This document shows positions 13,830-29,879 of a DNA stretch of 64,000 nucleotides, one piece after another. The DNA is from the human T2T-CHM13v2.0 reference genome, Homo sapiens. The position numbers were made by a program, and so were the translations under genes. Numbering within the stretch: the stretch's first letter is position 1; the number at the start of each line of letters is the position of its first letter. Location: assembly GCF_009914755.1 (NCBI RefSeq), contig NC_060928.1, one strand, 5' to 3'. The notes below the pieces were generated by a model, which ran no database searches, was not told the DNA's origin, and worked only from the letters and a program-made list of their open reading frames with translations.

Positions 13830-15650
13830 AGTACTTTGATATTTTATGTACACTTTATTATAAATGTTTGGGTACTTTCATATTCTATGTACAGTATATA
13901 ATACATACTTTGGTCTCTTTGATGTTTTATGTACAGTATATAATACATACTTTGGGTTCTTTGATATTTTATGTGCAGAATATAATGCATAGTTTTAGGT
14001 ACTTTTATATTTTATGTACAGTATATAATACATACTTTGGGTACTTTGATATTTTATGTACAGTGTATAATACATACTTTGGGAACTTTGATATTTTATG
14101 TACAGTATGTAATACATACTTTGGGTACTTTGATATTTTATGTACAGTATATAATACATATTATTGGCACGTTGATATTTTATGTACAGTATACAATATA
14201 TAGTTTGAGTACTTTGATATTTTATGTCCAGTATAAAATACATAGATTTCATACTTTGATATTTTATGTACAGAATATAGTTTGAGTACTTTGATATTTT
14301 ATGTACACTTTATCATAAAAGTTTGGGTACTTTCATATTTTACGTACAGTATATAATACATACTTTGGGCACTTTGATGTTTTATGTACAGTATATAATA
14401 CATACTTTGGGTTCTTTGATATGTTATGTACAGCATATAGTACATAATTTGGGGACTTTTATATTTTATGTACATTATATAATACATACTTTGGGTACTT
14501 TTATATTTTATGTACGGTATATAATACATACTTTGGGAACTTTGATATATTATGTACATTATATAATACATACTTTGGGTACTTTGTTATATTATGTACA
14601 GTATATAATACATACTTAGGGTACTTTGACATTTTATGTACAGTACATAATACATACTTTGGGTACTTTGATATTTTATGTACAGTATATAATATATACT
14701 TTGGGTACTTTGATATTTTATGTACAGTATATAATATATGATTTGGGTACTTTTACATTTTATGTACAGTATTTAATATATAGTTTGGGTACTTTGATAT
14801 TTTATGTACGGTATATAATACATACTTTGGGTACTTTGATATTTTATGTACAGTATATAATACATACTTTGGGTACTTTGATATTTTATGTACAGTATAT
14901 AATACATACTTTGGGTACTTTGATATTTAATGTACAGTATATAATACACACTTTGCGTACTTTGATATTTTATGTAAAGTATGTAATACATACTTTGGGT
15001 ACTTTGATATTTTATCTACAGTATGTAATACACGCTTTGGGTACTTTGATATTTTATGTAGAGTATGTAAAACATACTTTGGGTACTTTGGTATTTTATG
15101 GTCAGTATATAATACATATTTTGGGTACTTTGATATTTTATGTACAGTATATAATGCATAATTTGGGTACTTCAATAGTTTATGCACAGTATATAATACA
15201 TACTTTGGGTAATTTGATATTTTATGTACAGTATATAATGCATACTTTGGGTACTTTGATAGTTTATGTACAGTATACAATACATACTTTGGGTACTTTG
15301 ATATTTTATGTACAGTATATAATATGTAGTTTGGGTACTTTGATATTTTAACTACAGTATATAATACATACTTTGGGTACTTTGATATTTTATCTACAGT
15401 ATATAATAGATACTTTGGGTACTTTGATATATTATGTACAGTATATAATACATAGTTTGGTTACTTTGATATTTTTTGTACAGTATGTAAAACATACTTT
15501 GGGGAGTTTGATATTTTATGAACAGTATATAATACACATTTTGGGTACTTTGATATTTTATGTACGGTATATAATACATACTTTGTGTACTTTGATATTT
15601 TATGTACAGTATATAATTCATACTTTGGGTACTTTGATATTTTATGTACA
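13830..15650 (+). repeat. ~1.8-kb segment duplicated at about 22.5-24.3 kb (offset 8,624-8,666)
   Basis: 14299 maps to 22923 and 15373 to 24039. Shared markers: tttatcataaaag, catatagtacat, cacgctttgg, tgtagagtatgtaaa. Confidence 0.82.
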
Positions 15651-18600
15651 GTATATAATACATACTTTGGGTACTTTGATATTTTATAAACAGTATATAA
15701 TACATACTTTGGGTACTTTGATATTTTATGTACTGTATATAATACATACTTTGGGTACTTTTATATTTTATGTACAGTATATAATATATAGTTTGGGTAA
15801 TTTGATATTTTATGTACGGTATATACTACATACTTTGGGTACTTTGATATTTTATGTATAGTATATAATACATACTAAGCGCACTTTGATATTTTATGTA
15901 CAGTATATAATACATACTTTGGTTACTCTGATATTTTATGTACAGTGTATAATACATACTTTGTGTACTTTGATATTTTTTCTATAGTATATAGTTTGAG
16001 TACTTTGATATTTTATGTACAGTTTTTTATAAATATTTGGGTGCTTTCATATTTTATGTACAGTATATAATACATACTAAGCGCACTTTAATATTTTATG
16101 TACAGTATATAATACATACTTTGGTTACTCTGATATTTTATGTACAGTGTATAATACATACTTTGGGTACTTTGATATTTTATGTACAATATATAATACA
16201 TACGTTGAGGACTTTGATATATTATGTACATTATATAATTCATACTTTGGGTACTTTGATATTTTATGTACAGTATATAATACATAGTTTGTGTACTTTG
16301 ATATTTTATGTACAGTATATAATACATACTTTGGGTACTTTGATATTTTATATACAGTATATAATACATACTTTGGGTACTTTCATATTTTATGTACAGT
16401 ATATAATATATAGTTTGGGTACTTTCATATTTTATCTACAGCTTATAATACATACTTTGGGTACTTTGATATTTTATGTACACTATATAATACATACTTG
16501 GGTAGTTTGATATTTTATGTACAGTATACAATATATAGTTTGAGTACTTTGATATTTTATGTGCAGTATAAAATATATAGTTTTCGTACTTTGATATTTT
16601 ATGTACAGTTTATAGTTTGAGTACTTTGATATTTTATGTACAGTTTATTATAAATGTTTGGGTACTTTCATATTTGATGTACAGTATATAATACATAATT
16701 TGGGCACTTTGATATTTTATGTACAGTATATAATACATACTTTGGGTAGTTTTCTATTTTATGTACAGTATATAATACATACTTTGTTTACTTTGATATT
16801 TAATGTACAGTATATAATACACACTTTGCGTACTTTGATATTTTATGTAAAGCATGTAATACATAATTTGGGCAGTTTGATATTTTATGTACAGTATGTA
16901 ATACACACTTTGGGTACTTTGATATTTTATGTACAGTATGTAAAACATACTTTGGGTAGTTTGATATATTATGTACAGTATATAATGCATACTTTGGGTA
17001 CTCTGATATTTTATGTACAGTGTATAATACATACTTTGGGTACTTTGATATTTTATGTACAGTACATAATACATACATTGGGTACTTTGATATATTATGT
17101 ACAGTATATAATACTTACTTGGGGTACTTTGATATTTTATGTACAGTATATAATACATAGTTTGTGTACTTTGATATTTTATGTACAGTATATATACATA
17201 CTTTGGGTACTTTGATATTTTATGTACAGTATATAATACATACTTTGGGTATCTTGATATTTTATGTACAGTATATAATGCATAATTTGGGTACTTTGAT
17301 ATTTTATGTACAGTATATAATGCATACTTTGAGTACTTTGATATTTTATGTACAGTATGTAATACATACTTTGGGTACTTTGATATTTTATGTATAGTAT
17401 ATTATACATACTTTGTGTAGTTTGATATTTTATGTACACTATACAATATATAGTTTGAGTACTTTGATATTTTATGTCCAGTATAAATTATATAGTTTTC
17501 CTAATTGATATTTTATGTACAGAATATAGTTTGAGTACTTTGATATTTTATGTACAGTATATAGTTTGAGTACTTTGATATTTAATGTTCAGTTTATTAT
17601 AAATGTTTGGGTGCTTTCATATTTTATATACAGTATATAATACATACTTTGGGCACTTTGATATTTTCTGTACAGTATATAATACATACTTTGGGTACTT
17701 TGATATTTTATGTACGGTATATAATACATACATTGGGTACTTTGATATTTTATGTAAAGTATATAATATATAGTTTGGTTAGTTTGATATTTTATGTACA
17801 GTATATAATATATATTATGTGTACTTTGATATATTATGTACAGTATATAATATATAGTATGGGTTGTTTGATATTTTATGTACAGTATATAATATATAGT
17901 TTGGGTAGTTTGATATTTTTAGTACAGTATGTAATATATAGTTTGTTTTATTTGATATTTTATGTACAGTATACAATATATAGTATTGGTACTTTGATAT
18001 TTCATGTAAAGTATATAGTTTGAGTACTTTGATATTTTATATGCAGTTTATTATAAATGTTTGGGTACCTTCATATTTTATGTACAGTATATAATACATA
18101 CTTTGGGAACTTTTATTTTATGTGCAGTATATAATACATACTTTGGGTACTTTGATGTTTCATGTACAGTATATAATACACACTTTGGGTACTTTGATAT
18201 TTTATGTACAGTATATAATACATACTTTGGGTACTTTGATATTTCATGCACAGTATACAATATATAGTTTGAGTACTTTGATATTTTATGTACTGTATAA
18301 AATATATAGTTTTGGTACTTTGATATTTTATGTACAGTATATAGTTTGAGTACTTTGATATTTTATGTACAGTTTGTTATAAATGTTTGGGTGCTTTCAT
18401 ATTTTATGTACAGTATATAATACATACTTTGGGCACTTTGATATCTTATGTACAGTATATAATACATACTTTGGGTTCTCTGATATTTTCTGTAGAGTGT
18501 ATAATACATAATTTGGGTACTTTGATATTTTATGTACAGCATATAATACATACGTTGGGTACTTTGATATATTATGTACAGTATATAATACATACTTTGG

Positions 18601-21600
18601 GTACTTTGATATTTTAAGTACAGTATATAATCCATAGTTTGTGTACTTTTACATTTTATGTACAGTATATAATACATACTTTGGGTACTTTTATATTTTA
18701 TGTACAGTATATAATACATACTTTGGGTACTTTCATGTTTTATGTACAGTATATAATATATAGTTTGGGTACTTTGATATTTTATCTACAGCTTATAATA
18801 CTTACTTTGGGTAATTTGATATTTTATGTACAGTATATAATACATACTTTGGGTAGTTTGATATTTTATGTACAGTATACAATATATAGTTTGAGTACTT
18901 TGATATTTTATGTGCAGTATAAAATATATAGTGTTGGTATTTTGATGTTTTATGTACAGTATATATTTTGAGTACTTTGATATTTTGTGTACAGTTTATT
19001 ATAAATGTTTGGGTACTTTCATATTTGATGTACAGTATACAATACATAATTTGGGCACTTTGATATTTTATGTACAGTATATAATACATACTTTGGGTAC
19101 TTTTATATTTTATGTACAGTATATAATACATACTTTGGGTACTTTGATATTTTATGTACAGTATATAATACATACTTTGGGTACTTTGATATTTTATGTA
19201 CAGTATATAATACATACTTTCGGTACTTTGATATTTTATGAACAGTATATAATATATAGTTTGGGTACTTTGATAATTTATGTACAGTGTATAACACATA
19301 CTTTGGGTACTTTGATATTTTATGTACAGTATATAATACATACCTTGGGTACTTTTATATTTTATGTACAGTATATAATACATACTTTGGGTACTTTCAT
19401 ATTTCATGTACAGTTTATAATATATAGTTTGGGTACTTTGGTATATTATGTACTGTATATAATACATACTTTGGGTACTTAGATATTTTATGTACAGTAT
19501 ATAATACATACTTTGGGTACTTTGATATTTTATGTACAGTATACAATATATACTTTGACTATTTTGATATTTTATGTCCAGTATAGAATATATAGTTTTG
19601 GTAGTTTGATATTTTATGTACAGTATATAGTTTGAGTACATTGATATTTTATGTACACTTTATTATAAATGTTTGGATACTTTCATATTTTATGTACAGT
19701 ATATAATACATACTTTGGGCACTTTGATATTTTATGTACAGTATACAATACATACTTTGGGTAATTTGATATTTTATGTACAGTATATAATACATACATT
19801 GGGTACTTTGATATTTTATGTACAGTATATAATATACAGTTAGGGTACTTTGATATTTTATATACAGTATATAATATATATTATGTGTACTTTGATATAT
19901 TATGTACAGTATATAATATATAGTTTGGGTAATTTGATATTTTATGTACAGTATACAATATATAGTATTGGTACTTTGATATTTCATGTAAAGTATATAG
20001 TTTGAGTACTTTGATATTTTATATACAGTTTATTATAAATGTTTGGGTACCTTCATATTTTATGTACAGTATATAATACATACTTTGGGAACTTTTATTT
20101 TATGTGCAGTATATAATACATACTTTGGGTACTTTGATATTTTATGTACAGTATATAATACACACTTTGGGTACTTTGATATTTTATGTACAGTATATAA
20201 TACACACTTTGGGGACTTTGATATTTTATGTACAGTATATAATACATACTTTGGGTACTTTGATGTATTATGTACAGTATATAATACATACTTTGGGTAC
20301 TTTGATATTTTATGTACAGTATATAATACATACTTTGGGTACTTTGATATTTTATCTACAGTATATAATACATACTATGGGTACTTTAATATTTTATGTA
20401 TAGTATATAATACCTACTTTGGGTAATTTGATATTTTGTGGACAGTATATAATACATGCTTTGGGTAAGTTGATATTTTATGTACAGTATATAATATATA
20501 GTTTGGGTACTTTGATATTTTATATACAGTATATAATACATACTTTGGGTACTTTGATATTTTTTGTACAGTATATAAAACATACTTTGGGGAGTTTGAT
20601 ATTTTATGAACAGTATATAATACACATTTTGGGTACTTTGATATTTTATGTACAGTATATAATACATACTTTGGGTACTTTGATATTTTACGTACAGTAT
20701 ATAATACATACGTTGGGTACTTTGATATTTTATGTACAGTATATAATACATACATTGGATACTTCGATATTTTATGTGCAGTACCGTATATATAGTTTGG
20801 GTATTTTGATATTTTATGTCGAGTATAAAATAAATAGTTTTGTTACTTTGATATTTTATGTACAGGTTATAGTTTGAGTACTTTGATATTTAATGTTCAG
20901 TTTATTATAAATGTTTGGGTGCTTTCATATTTTATATACAGTATATAATACATACTTTGGGCACCTTGATATTTTATGTACAGTATATAATACATACTTT
21001 GAGTACTTTGATATTTTATGTACGGTATATAATACATACATTGGGTACTTTGATATTTTATGTACAGTATATAATATATAGTTTGGGTACTTTGATATTT
21101 TATATACAGTATATAATATATATTATGTGTACTTTGATATATTCTGTGCAGTATATAATATATAGTTTGGGTTGTTTGATATTTTATGTACAGTATATAA
21201 TATATAGTTTGGGTAGTTTGATATTTTAAGTACAGTATGTAATATATAGTTTGTGTTATTTGATATTTTATGTACAGTATACAATATATAGTACTGGTAC
21301 TTTGATATTTCATGTAAAGTATATAGTTTGAGTACTTTGATATTTTATATACAGTTTATTATAAATGTTTGGGTACCTTCATATTTTATGTACAGTATAT
21401 AATACATACTTTGGGAACTTTTATTTTATGTGCAGTATATAATACATACTTTGGGTACTTTGATATTTTATGTACAGTATATAATACACACTTTGGGTAC
21501 TTTGATATTTTATGTACAGTATATAATACACACTTTGGGTAGTTTGATATTTTATGTACAGTATATAATACATACTTTGGGTACTTTGATGTATTATGTA

Positions 21601-24600
21601 CAGTATATAATACATACTTTGGGTACTTTGATATTTTATGTACAGTATATAATACATACTTTGGGTACTTTCATATTTCATGTACAGTATATAATATATA
21701 GTTTGGGTACTTTGGTATATTATGTACTGTATATAATACATACTTTGAGTACTTTGATATTTTATGTACAGTATATAATACACACTTTGGGTACTTTGAT
21801 ATTTTATGTACAGTATATAATACACACTTTGGGTACTTTGATATTTTATGTACAGTATATAATACATACTTTGGGTACTTTGATGTATTATGTACAGTAT
21901 ATAATACATACTTTGGGTACTTTGATATTTTATGTACAGTATATAATACATACTTTGGGTACTTTGATATTTTATGTACAGTATGTAATACACACTTTGG
22001 GTACTTTGATATTTTATGTACAGTATGTAAAACATACTTTGGGTAGTTTGATATATTATGTACAGTATATAATACATACTTTGGGTACTCTGATATTTTA
22101 TGTACAGTGTATAATACATACTTTGGGTACTTTGATATTTTATGTACAGTATATAATACATACATTGGGTACTTTGATATATTATGTACAGTATATAATA
22201 CTTACTTGGGGTATCTTGATATTTTATGTACAGTATATAATGCATACTTTGGGTACTTTGATATTTTATGTACACTATATAATGCATACTTTGAGTACTT
22301 TGATATTTTATGTACAGTATGTAATACATACTTTGGGTACTTTGATATTTTATGTATAGTATATAATACATACTTTGTGTAGTTTGATATTTTATGTACA
22401 GTATACAATATATAGTTTGAGTACTTTGATATTTTATGTCCAGTATAAAATATATAGTTTTCCTAATTGATATTTTATGTACAGAATATAGTTTGAGTAC
22501 TTTGATATTTTATGTACACTTTATTATAAATGTTTGGGTACTTTCATATTTTATGTACAGTATATAATACATACTTTGGTCTCTTTGATGTTTTATGTAC
22601 AGTATATAATACATACTTTGGGTTCTTTGATATTTTATGTGCAGAATATAATGCATAGTTTTAGGTAATTTTATATTTTATGTACAGAATATAATACATA
22701 CTTTGGGTACTTTGATATTTTATGTACAGTATATAATACATACTTCGTGTACTTTGATATTTTATGTACAGTATATAATACATATTATTGGTACTTTGAT
22801 ATTTTATATACAGTATACAATATATAGTTTGAGTACTTTGATATTTTATGTCCAGTATAAAATACATAGATTTCATACTTTGATATTTTATGTACAGAAT
22901 ATAGTTTGAGTACTTTGATATTTTATGTACACTTTATCATAAAAGTTTGGGTACTTTCATATTTTACGTACAGTATATAATACATACTTTGGGCACTTTG
23001 ATGTTTTATGTACAGTATATAATACATACTTTGGGTTCTTTGACATGTTATGTACAGCATATAGTACATAATTTGGGGACTTTTATATTTTATGTACATT
23101 ATATAATACATACTTTGGGTACTTTTATATTTTATGTACGGTATATAATACATACTTTGGGTACTTTGATATATTATGTACAGTATATAATACATACTTT
23201 GGGTACTTTGATATATTATGTACAGTATATAATACATACTTAGGGTACTTTGACATTTTATGTACAGTACATAATACATACTTTCGGTACTTTGATATTT
23301 TATGTACAGTATATAATACATACTTTGGGTACTTTGATATTTTATGTACAGTATATAATACATGTTTTGGGTACTTTTACATTTTATGTACAGTACATAA
23401 TATATAGTTTGGGTACTTTGATATTTTATGTACGGTATATAATACATACTTTGGGTACTTTGATATTTTATGTACAGTATATAATACATACTTTGGGTAC
23501 TTTGATATTTTATGTACAGTATATAATACATACTTTGGGTACTTTGATATTTAATGTACAGTATATAATACACACTTTGCGTACTTTGATATTTTATGTA
23601 AAGTATGTAATACATACTTTGGGTACTTTGATATTTTATGTACAGTATGTAATACACGCTTTGGGTACTTTGATATTTTATGTAGAGTATGTAAAACATA
23701 CTTTGGGTAGTTTGTTATTTTATGATCAGTATATAATACATATTTTGGGTACTTTGATATTTTATGTACAGTATATAATACATACTTTGGGTACTTTGAT
23801 ATTTTATGTACAGTATATAATGCATAATTTGGGTACTTCAATAGTTTATGCACAGTATATAATACATACTTTGGGTAATTTGATATTTTATGTACAGTAT
23901 ATAATGCATACTTTGGGTACTTTGATAGTTTATGTACAGTATACAATACATACTTTGGGTACTTTGATATTTTATGTACAGTATATAATATGTAGTTTGG
24001 GTACTTTGATATTTTAACTACAGTATATAATACATACTTTGGGTACTTTGATATTTTATCTACAGTATATAATAGATACTTTGGGTACTTTGATATATTA
24101 TGTACAGTATATAATACATAGTTTGGTTACTTTGATATTTTTTGTACAGTATGTAAAACATACTTTGGGGAGTTTGATATTTTATGAACAGTATATAATA
24201 CACATTTTGGGTACTTTGATATTTTATGTACGGTATATAATACATACTTTGGGTACTTTGATATTTTATGTACAGTATATAATTCATACTTTGGGTACTT
24301 TGATATTTTATGTACAGTATATAATACATACATTGGGTACTTCGATATTTTATGTGCAGTACCCTATATATAGTTTGGGTACTTTGATATTTTATGTCCA
24401 GTATAAAATAAATAGTTTTGGTACTTTGATATTTTATGTACAGTATATAGTTTGAGTACTTTGATATTTAATGTTCAGTTTATTATAAATGTTTGGGTGC
24501 TTTCATATTTTATATACAGTATATAATACATACTTTGGGCACTTTGATATTTTCTGTACAGTATATAATACATACTTTGGGTACTTTGATATTTTATGTA

Positions 24601-27600
24601 CGGTATATAATACATACATTGGGTACTTTGATATTTTATGTAAAGTATATAATATATAGTTTGGTTACTTTGATATTTTATATACAGTATATAATATATA
24701 TTATGTGTACTTTGATATATTATGTACAGTATATAATATATAGTATGGGTTGTTTGATATTTTATGTACAGTATATAATATATAGTTTGGGTAGTTTGAT
24801 ATTTTTAGTACAGTATGTAATATATAGTTTGTTTTATTTGATATTTTATGTACAGTATACAATATATAGTATTGGTACTTTGATATTTCATGTAAAGTAT
24901 ATAGTTTGAGTACTTTGATATTTTATATGCAGTTTATTATAAATGTTTGGGTACCTTCATATTTTATGTACAGTATATAATACATACTTTGGGAACTTTT
25001 ATTTTATGTGCAGTATATAATACATACTTTGGGTACTTTGATATTTCATGTACAGTATATAATACACACTTTGGGTACTTTGATATTTTATGTACAGTAT
25101 ATAATACACACTTTGGGTAGTTTGATATTTTATGTACAGTATATAATACATACTTTGGGTACTTTGATGTATTATGTACAGTATATAATACATACTTTGG
25201 GTACTTTGATATTTTATGTACAGTATATAATACATACTTTGGGTACTTTGATATTTTATGTACAGTATGTAATACATAATTTGGGTACTTTAATATTTTA
25301 TGTATAGTATATAATACTTACTTTGGGTACTTTGATATTTTATGGACAGTGTATAATACATACTTTGGGTTCTTTGATATTTTATGTACAGTATATAACA
25401 TATAGTTTGGGTACTTTGATATTTTATATACAGTATATAATACATACTTTGGGTACTTTGATATTTTATGTACAGTATATAATACATACTTTGGGTACTT
25501 TGATATTTCATGCACAGTATACAATATATAGTTTGAGTACTTTGATATTTTATGTACTGAATAAAATATATAGTTTTCGTACTTTGATATTTTATGTACA
25601 GTATATAGTTTGAGTACGTTGATATTTTATGAACAGTTTGTTATAAATGTTTGGGTGCTTTCATATTTTATGTACAGTATATAATACATACTTTGGGCAC
25701 TTTGATATCTTATGTACAGTATATAATACATACTTTGGGTTCTCTGATATTTTCTGTACAGTGTATAATACATAATTTGGGTACTTTGATATTTTATGTA
25801 CAGCATATAATACATACGTTGGGTACTTTGATATATTATGTACAGTATATAATACATACTTTGGGTACTTTGATATTTTATGTACAGTATATAATCCATA
25901 GTTTGTGTACTTTTATATTTTATGTACAGTATATAATACATACTTTGGGTACTTTGATATTTTATGTACAGTACATAATACATACTTTGGGTACTTTCAT
26001 GTTTTATGTACAGTATATAATATATAGTTTGGGTACTTTGATATTTTATCTACAGCTTATAATATTTACTTTGGGTAATTTGATATTTTATGTACAGTAT
26101 ATAATACATACTTTGGGTAGTTTGATATTTTATGTACAGTATACAATATATAGTTTGAGTACTTTGATATTTTATGTGCAGTATAAAATATATAGTGTTG
26201 GTACTTTGATGTTTTATGTACAGTATATATTTTGAGTACTTTGATATTTTGTGTACAGTTTATTATAAATGTTTGGGTACTTTCATATTTGATGTACAGT
26301 ATATAATACATAATTTGGGCACTTTGATATTTTATGTACAGTATATAATACATACTTTGGGTACTTTTATATTTTATGTACAGTATATAATACATACTCT
26401 GGGCACTTTGATATTTAATGTACAGTATATAATACACACTTTGCGTACTTTGATATTTTATGTAACGTATGTAATACATACTTTGGGTAGTTTGATATTT
26501 TATGTACAGTATGTAATACACACTTTGGGTAATTTGATATTTTATGTACAGTATGTAAAACATACTTTGGGTAGTTTGATATATTATGTACAGTATATAA
26601 TACATACTTTGGGTACTCTGATATTTTATGTACAGTGTATAATACATACTTTGGGTACTTTGATATTTTATGTACAGTATATAATACATACATTGGGTAC
26701 TTTGATATATTATGTACAGTATATAATACTTACTTGGGGTATCTTGATATTTTATGTACAGTATATAATGCATACTTTGGGTACTTTGATATTTTATGTA
26801 CAGTATATAATGCATACTTTGAGTACTTTGATATTTTATGTACAGTATGTAATACATACTATGGGTACTTTGATATTTTATGTATAGTATATAATACATA
26901 CTTTGTGTAGTTTGATATTTTATGTACAGTATACAATATATAGTTTGAGTACTTTGATATTTTATGTCCAGTATAAAATATATAGTTTTCCTAATTGATA
27001 TTTTATGTACAGAATATAGTTTGAGTACTTTGATATTTTATGTACACTTTATTATAAATGTTTGGGTAATTTCATATTTTATGTACAGTATATAATACAT
27101 ACTTTGGTCTCTTTGATGTTTTATGTACAGTATATAATACATACTTTGTGTTCTTTGATATTTTATGTGCAGAATATAATGCATAGTTTTAGGTACTTTT
27201 ATATTTTATGTACAGTATATAATACATACTTTGGGTACTTTGATATTTTATGTACAGTATATAATACATACTTTGGGTACTTTGATATTTTATGTACAGT
27301 ATATAATACATATTATTGGTACTTTGATATTTTATGTACAGTATACAATATATAGTTTGAGTACTTTGATATTTTATGTCCAGTATAAAATACATAGATT
27401 TCATACTTTGATATTTTATGTACAGAATATAGTTTGAGTACTTTGATATTTTATGTACACTTTATCATAAAAGTTTGGGTACTTTCATATTTTACGTACA
27501 GTATTTAATACATACTTTGGGCACTTTGATGTTTTATGTACAGTATATAATACATACTTTGGGTTCTTTGATATGTTATGTACAGCATATAGTACATAAT

Positions 27601-29879
27601 TTGGGGACTTTTATATTTTATGTACATTATATAATACATAATTTGGGGACTTTTATATTTTATGTACATTATATTATACATACTTTGGGTACTTTTATAT
27701 TTTATGTACGGTATATAATACACACTTTGGGTACTTTGATATATTATGTACAGTATATAATACATACTTTGGGTACTTTGATATATTATGTACAGTATAT
27801 AATACATACTAAGGGTACTTTGACATTTTATGTACAGTACATAATACATACTTTGGGTACTTTGATATTTTATGTACAGTATATAATGCATACTTTGGAT
27901 ACTATGATATTTTATATACAGTATATAATACATACTTTGGGTACTTTTATATTTTATGTACAGTATATAATATATAGTTTGGGTACTTTGATATTTTATG
28001 TACGGTATATAATACATACTTTGGGTACTTTGATATTTTATGTACAGTATATAATACATACTTTGGGTACTCTGATATTTTATGTACAGTATACAATATA
28101 TAGTTTGAATACTTTGATATTTTATGTACTGTATAAAATATATAGTTTTCGTACTTTGATATTTTATGTACAATATATAGTTTGAGTACTTTGATATTTT
28201 ATGTACAGTTTTTTATAAATGTTTCGGTGCTTTCATATTTTATGTACAGTATATAATACATACAAAGGGCACTTTGATATTTTATGTACAGTATATAATA
28301 CATACTTTGGGTACTCTGATATTTTATGTACAGTGTATAATACATACTTTGGGTACTTTGATATTTTATGTACAATATATAATACATACGTTGGGAACTT
28401 TGTTATATTATGTACAGTATATAATACATACTTTGGGTACTTTGATATTTTATCTACAGTATACAACACATAGTTTGTGTACTTTGATATTTTAGGTACA
28501 GTATATAATACATACTTTGGGTACTTTGATATTTTATGTACAGTATATAATACATACATTGGGTACTTTCATATTTTATGTACAGTATATAATATATAGT
28601 TTGGTTACTTTGATATTTCATCTACAGCTTATAATACATACTTTGGATACTTTGATACTTTATGTACAGTATATAATACATAATTTGGGTACTTTGTTAT
28701 TTTATGTACAGTATACAATATATAGTTTGAGTACTTTGATATTTTATGTGCAGTATAAAATATATAGTTTTGGTACTTTCATATTTTATGTACAGTATAT
28801 AGTTTGAGTACTTTGATATTTTATGTACAGTTTTTTATAAATGTTTGGGTGCTTTCATATTTTATGTACAGTATATAATACATACTAAGGGCACTTTGAT
28901 ATTTTATGTACAGTATATAATACATACCTTGGGTACTTTGATATTTTATGTACAGTATATAATACATAGTTTGGGTATTTTGATACTTTATGTACAGTAT
29001 ATAATACATACTTTGGGTACTTTGATATTTTATGTACAGTATATAATACATACTTTGGGAACTTTGATATTTTATGTACAGTATGTAGAACATACTTTGG
29101 GTACTTTGATATTTTATGTACAGGATATAATGCATACTTTGGGTACTTTGATAGTTTATGTACAGTATATAATACATACTTTGGGTACTTTGATATTTTA
29201 TGTATAGTATAAAATATATAGTTTGGGTACTTTGATATTTTATGTACAGTATGTAAAACATACTTTGGGGAGTTTGATATTTTATGTACAGTATGTAAAA
29301 CATACTTTGGGGAGTTTGATATTTTATGAACAGTATATAATACACATTTTGTGTACTTTGATATTTTATGTAAAGTATATAATACATACTTTGGGTACTT
29401 TGATATTTTATGTACAGTATATATTACATACTTTGGGTACTTTGATATTTTATGTACAGTATACAATATATAGTTTGAGTACTTTGATATTTTATGTACT
29501 GTATAAAATATATAGTTTTGGTACTTTGATATTTTATGTACAGTATATAGTTTGAGTACTTTGATATTTTATGTACAGTTTGTTATAAATATTTTGGTGC
29601 TTTCATATTTTATGTACTGTATATAATACATGCTTTGGGCACTTTGATATTTTATGTACAGTATATAATACATACTTTGGGTAATCTGATATTTTATGTA
29701 CAGTGTATAATATATACTTTGGGTACTTTGATATTTTATGTACACTATATAATACATACTATTGGTACTTTGATATTTTATGTACAGTATACAATATATA
29801 GTTTGAGTACTTTGATATTTTATGTCCAGTATAAAATATACAGATTTCGTACTTTGATATTTTATGTACAGAATATAGT

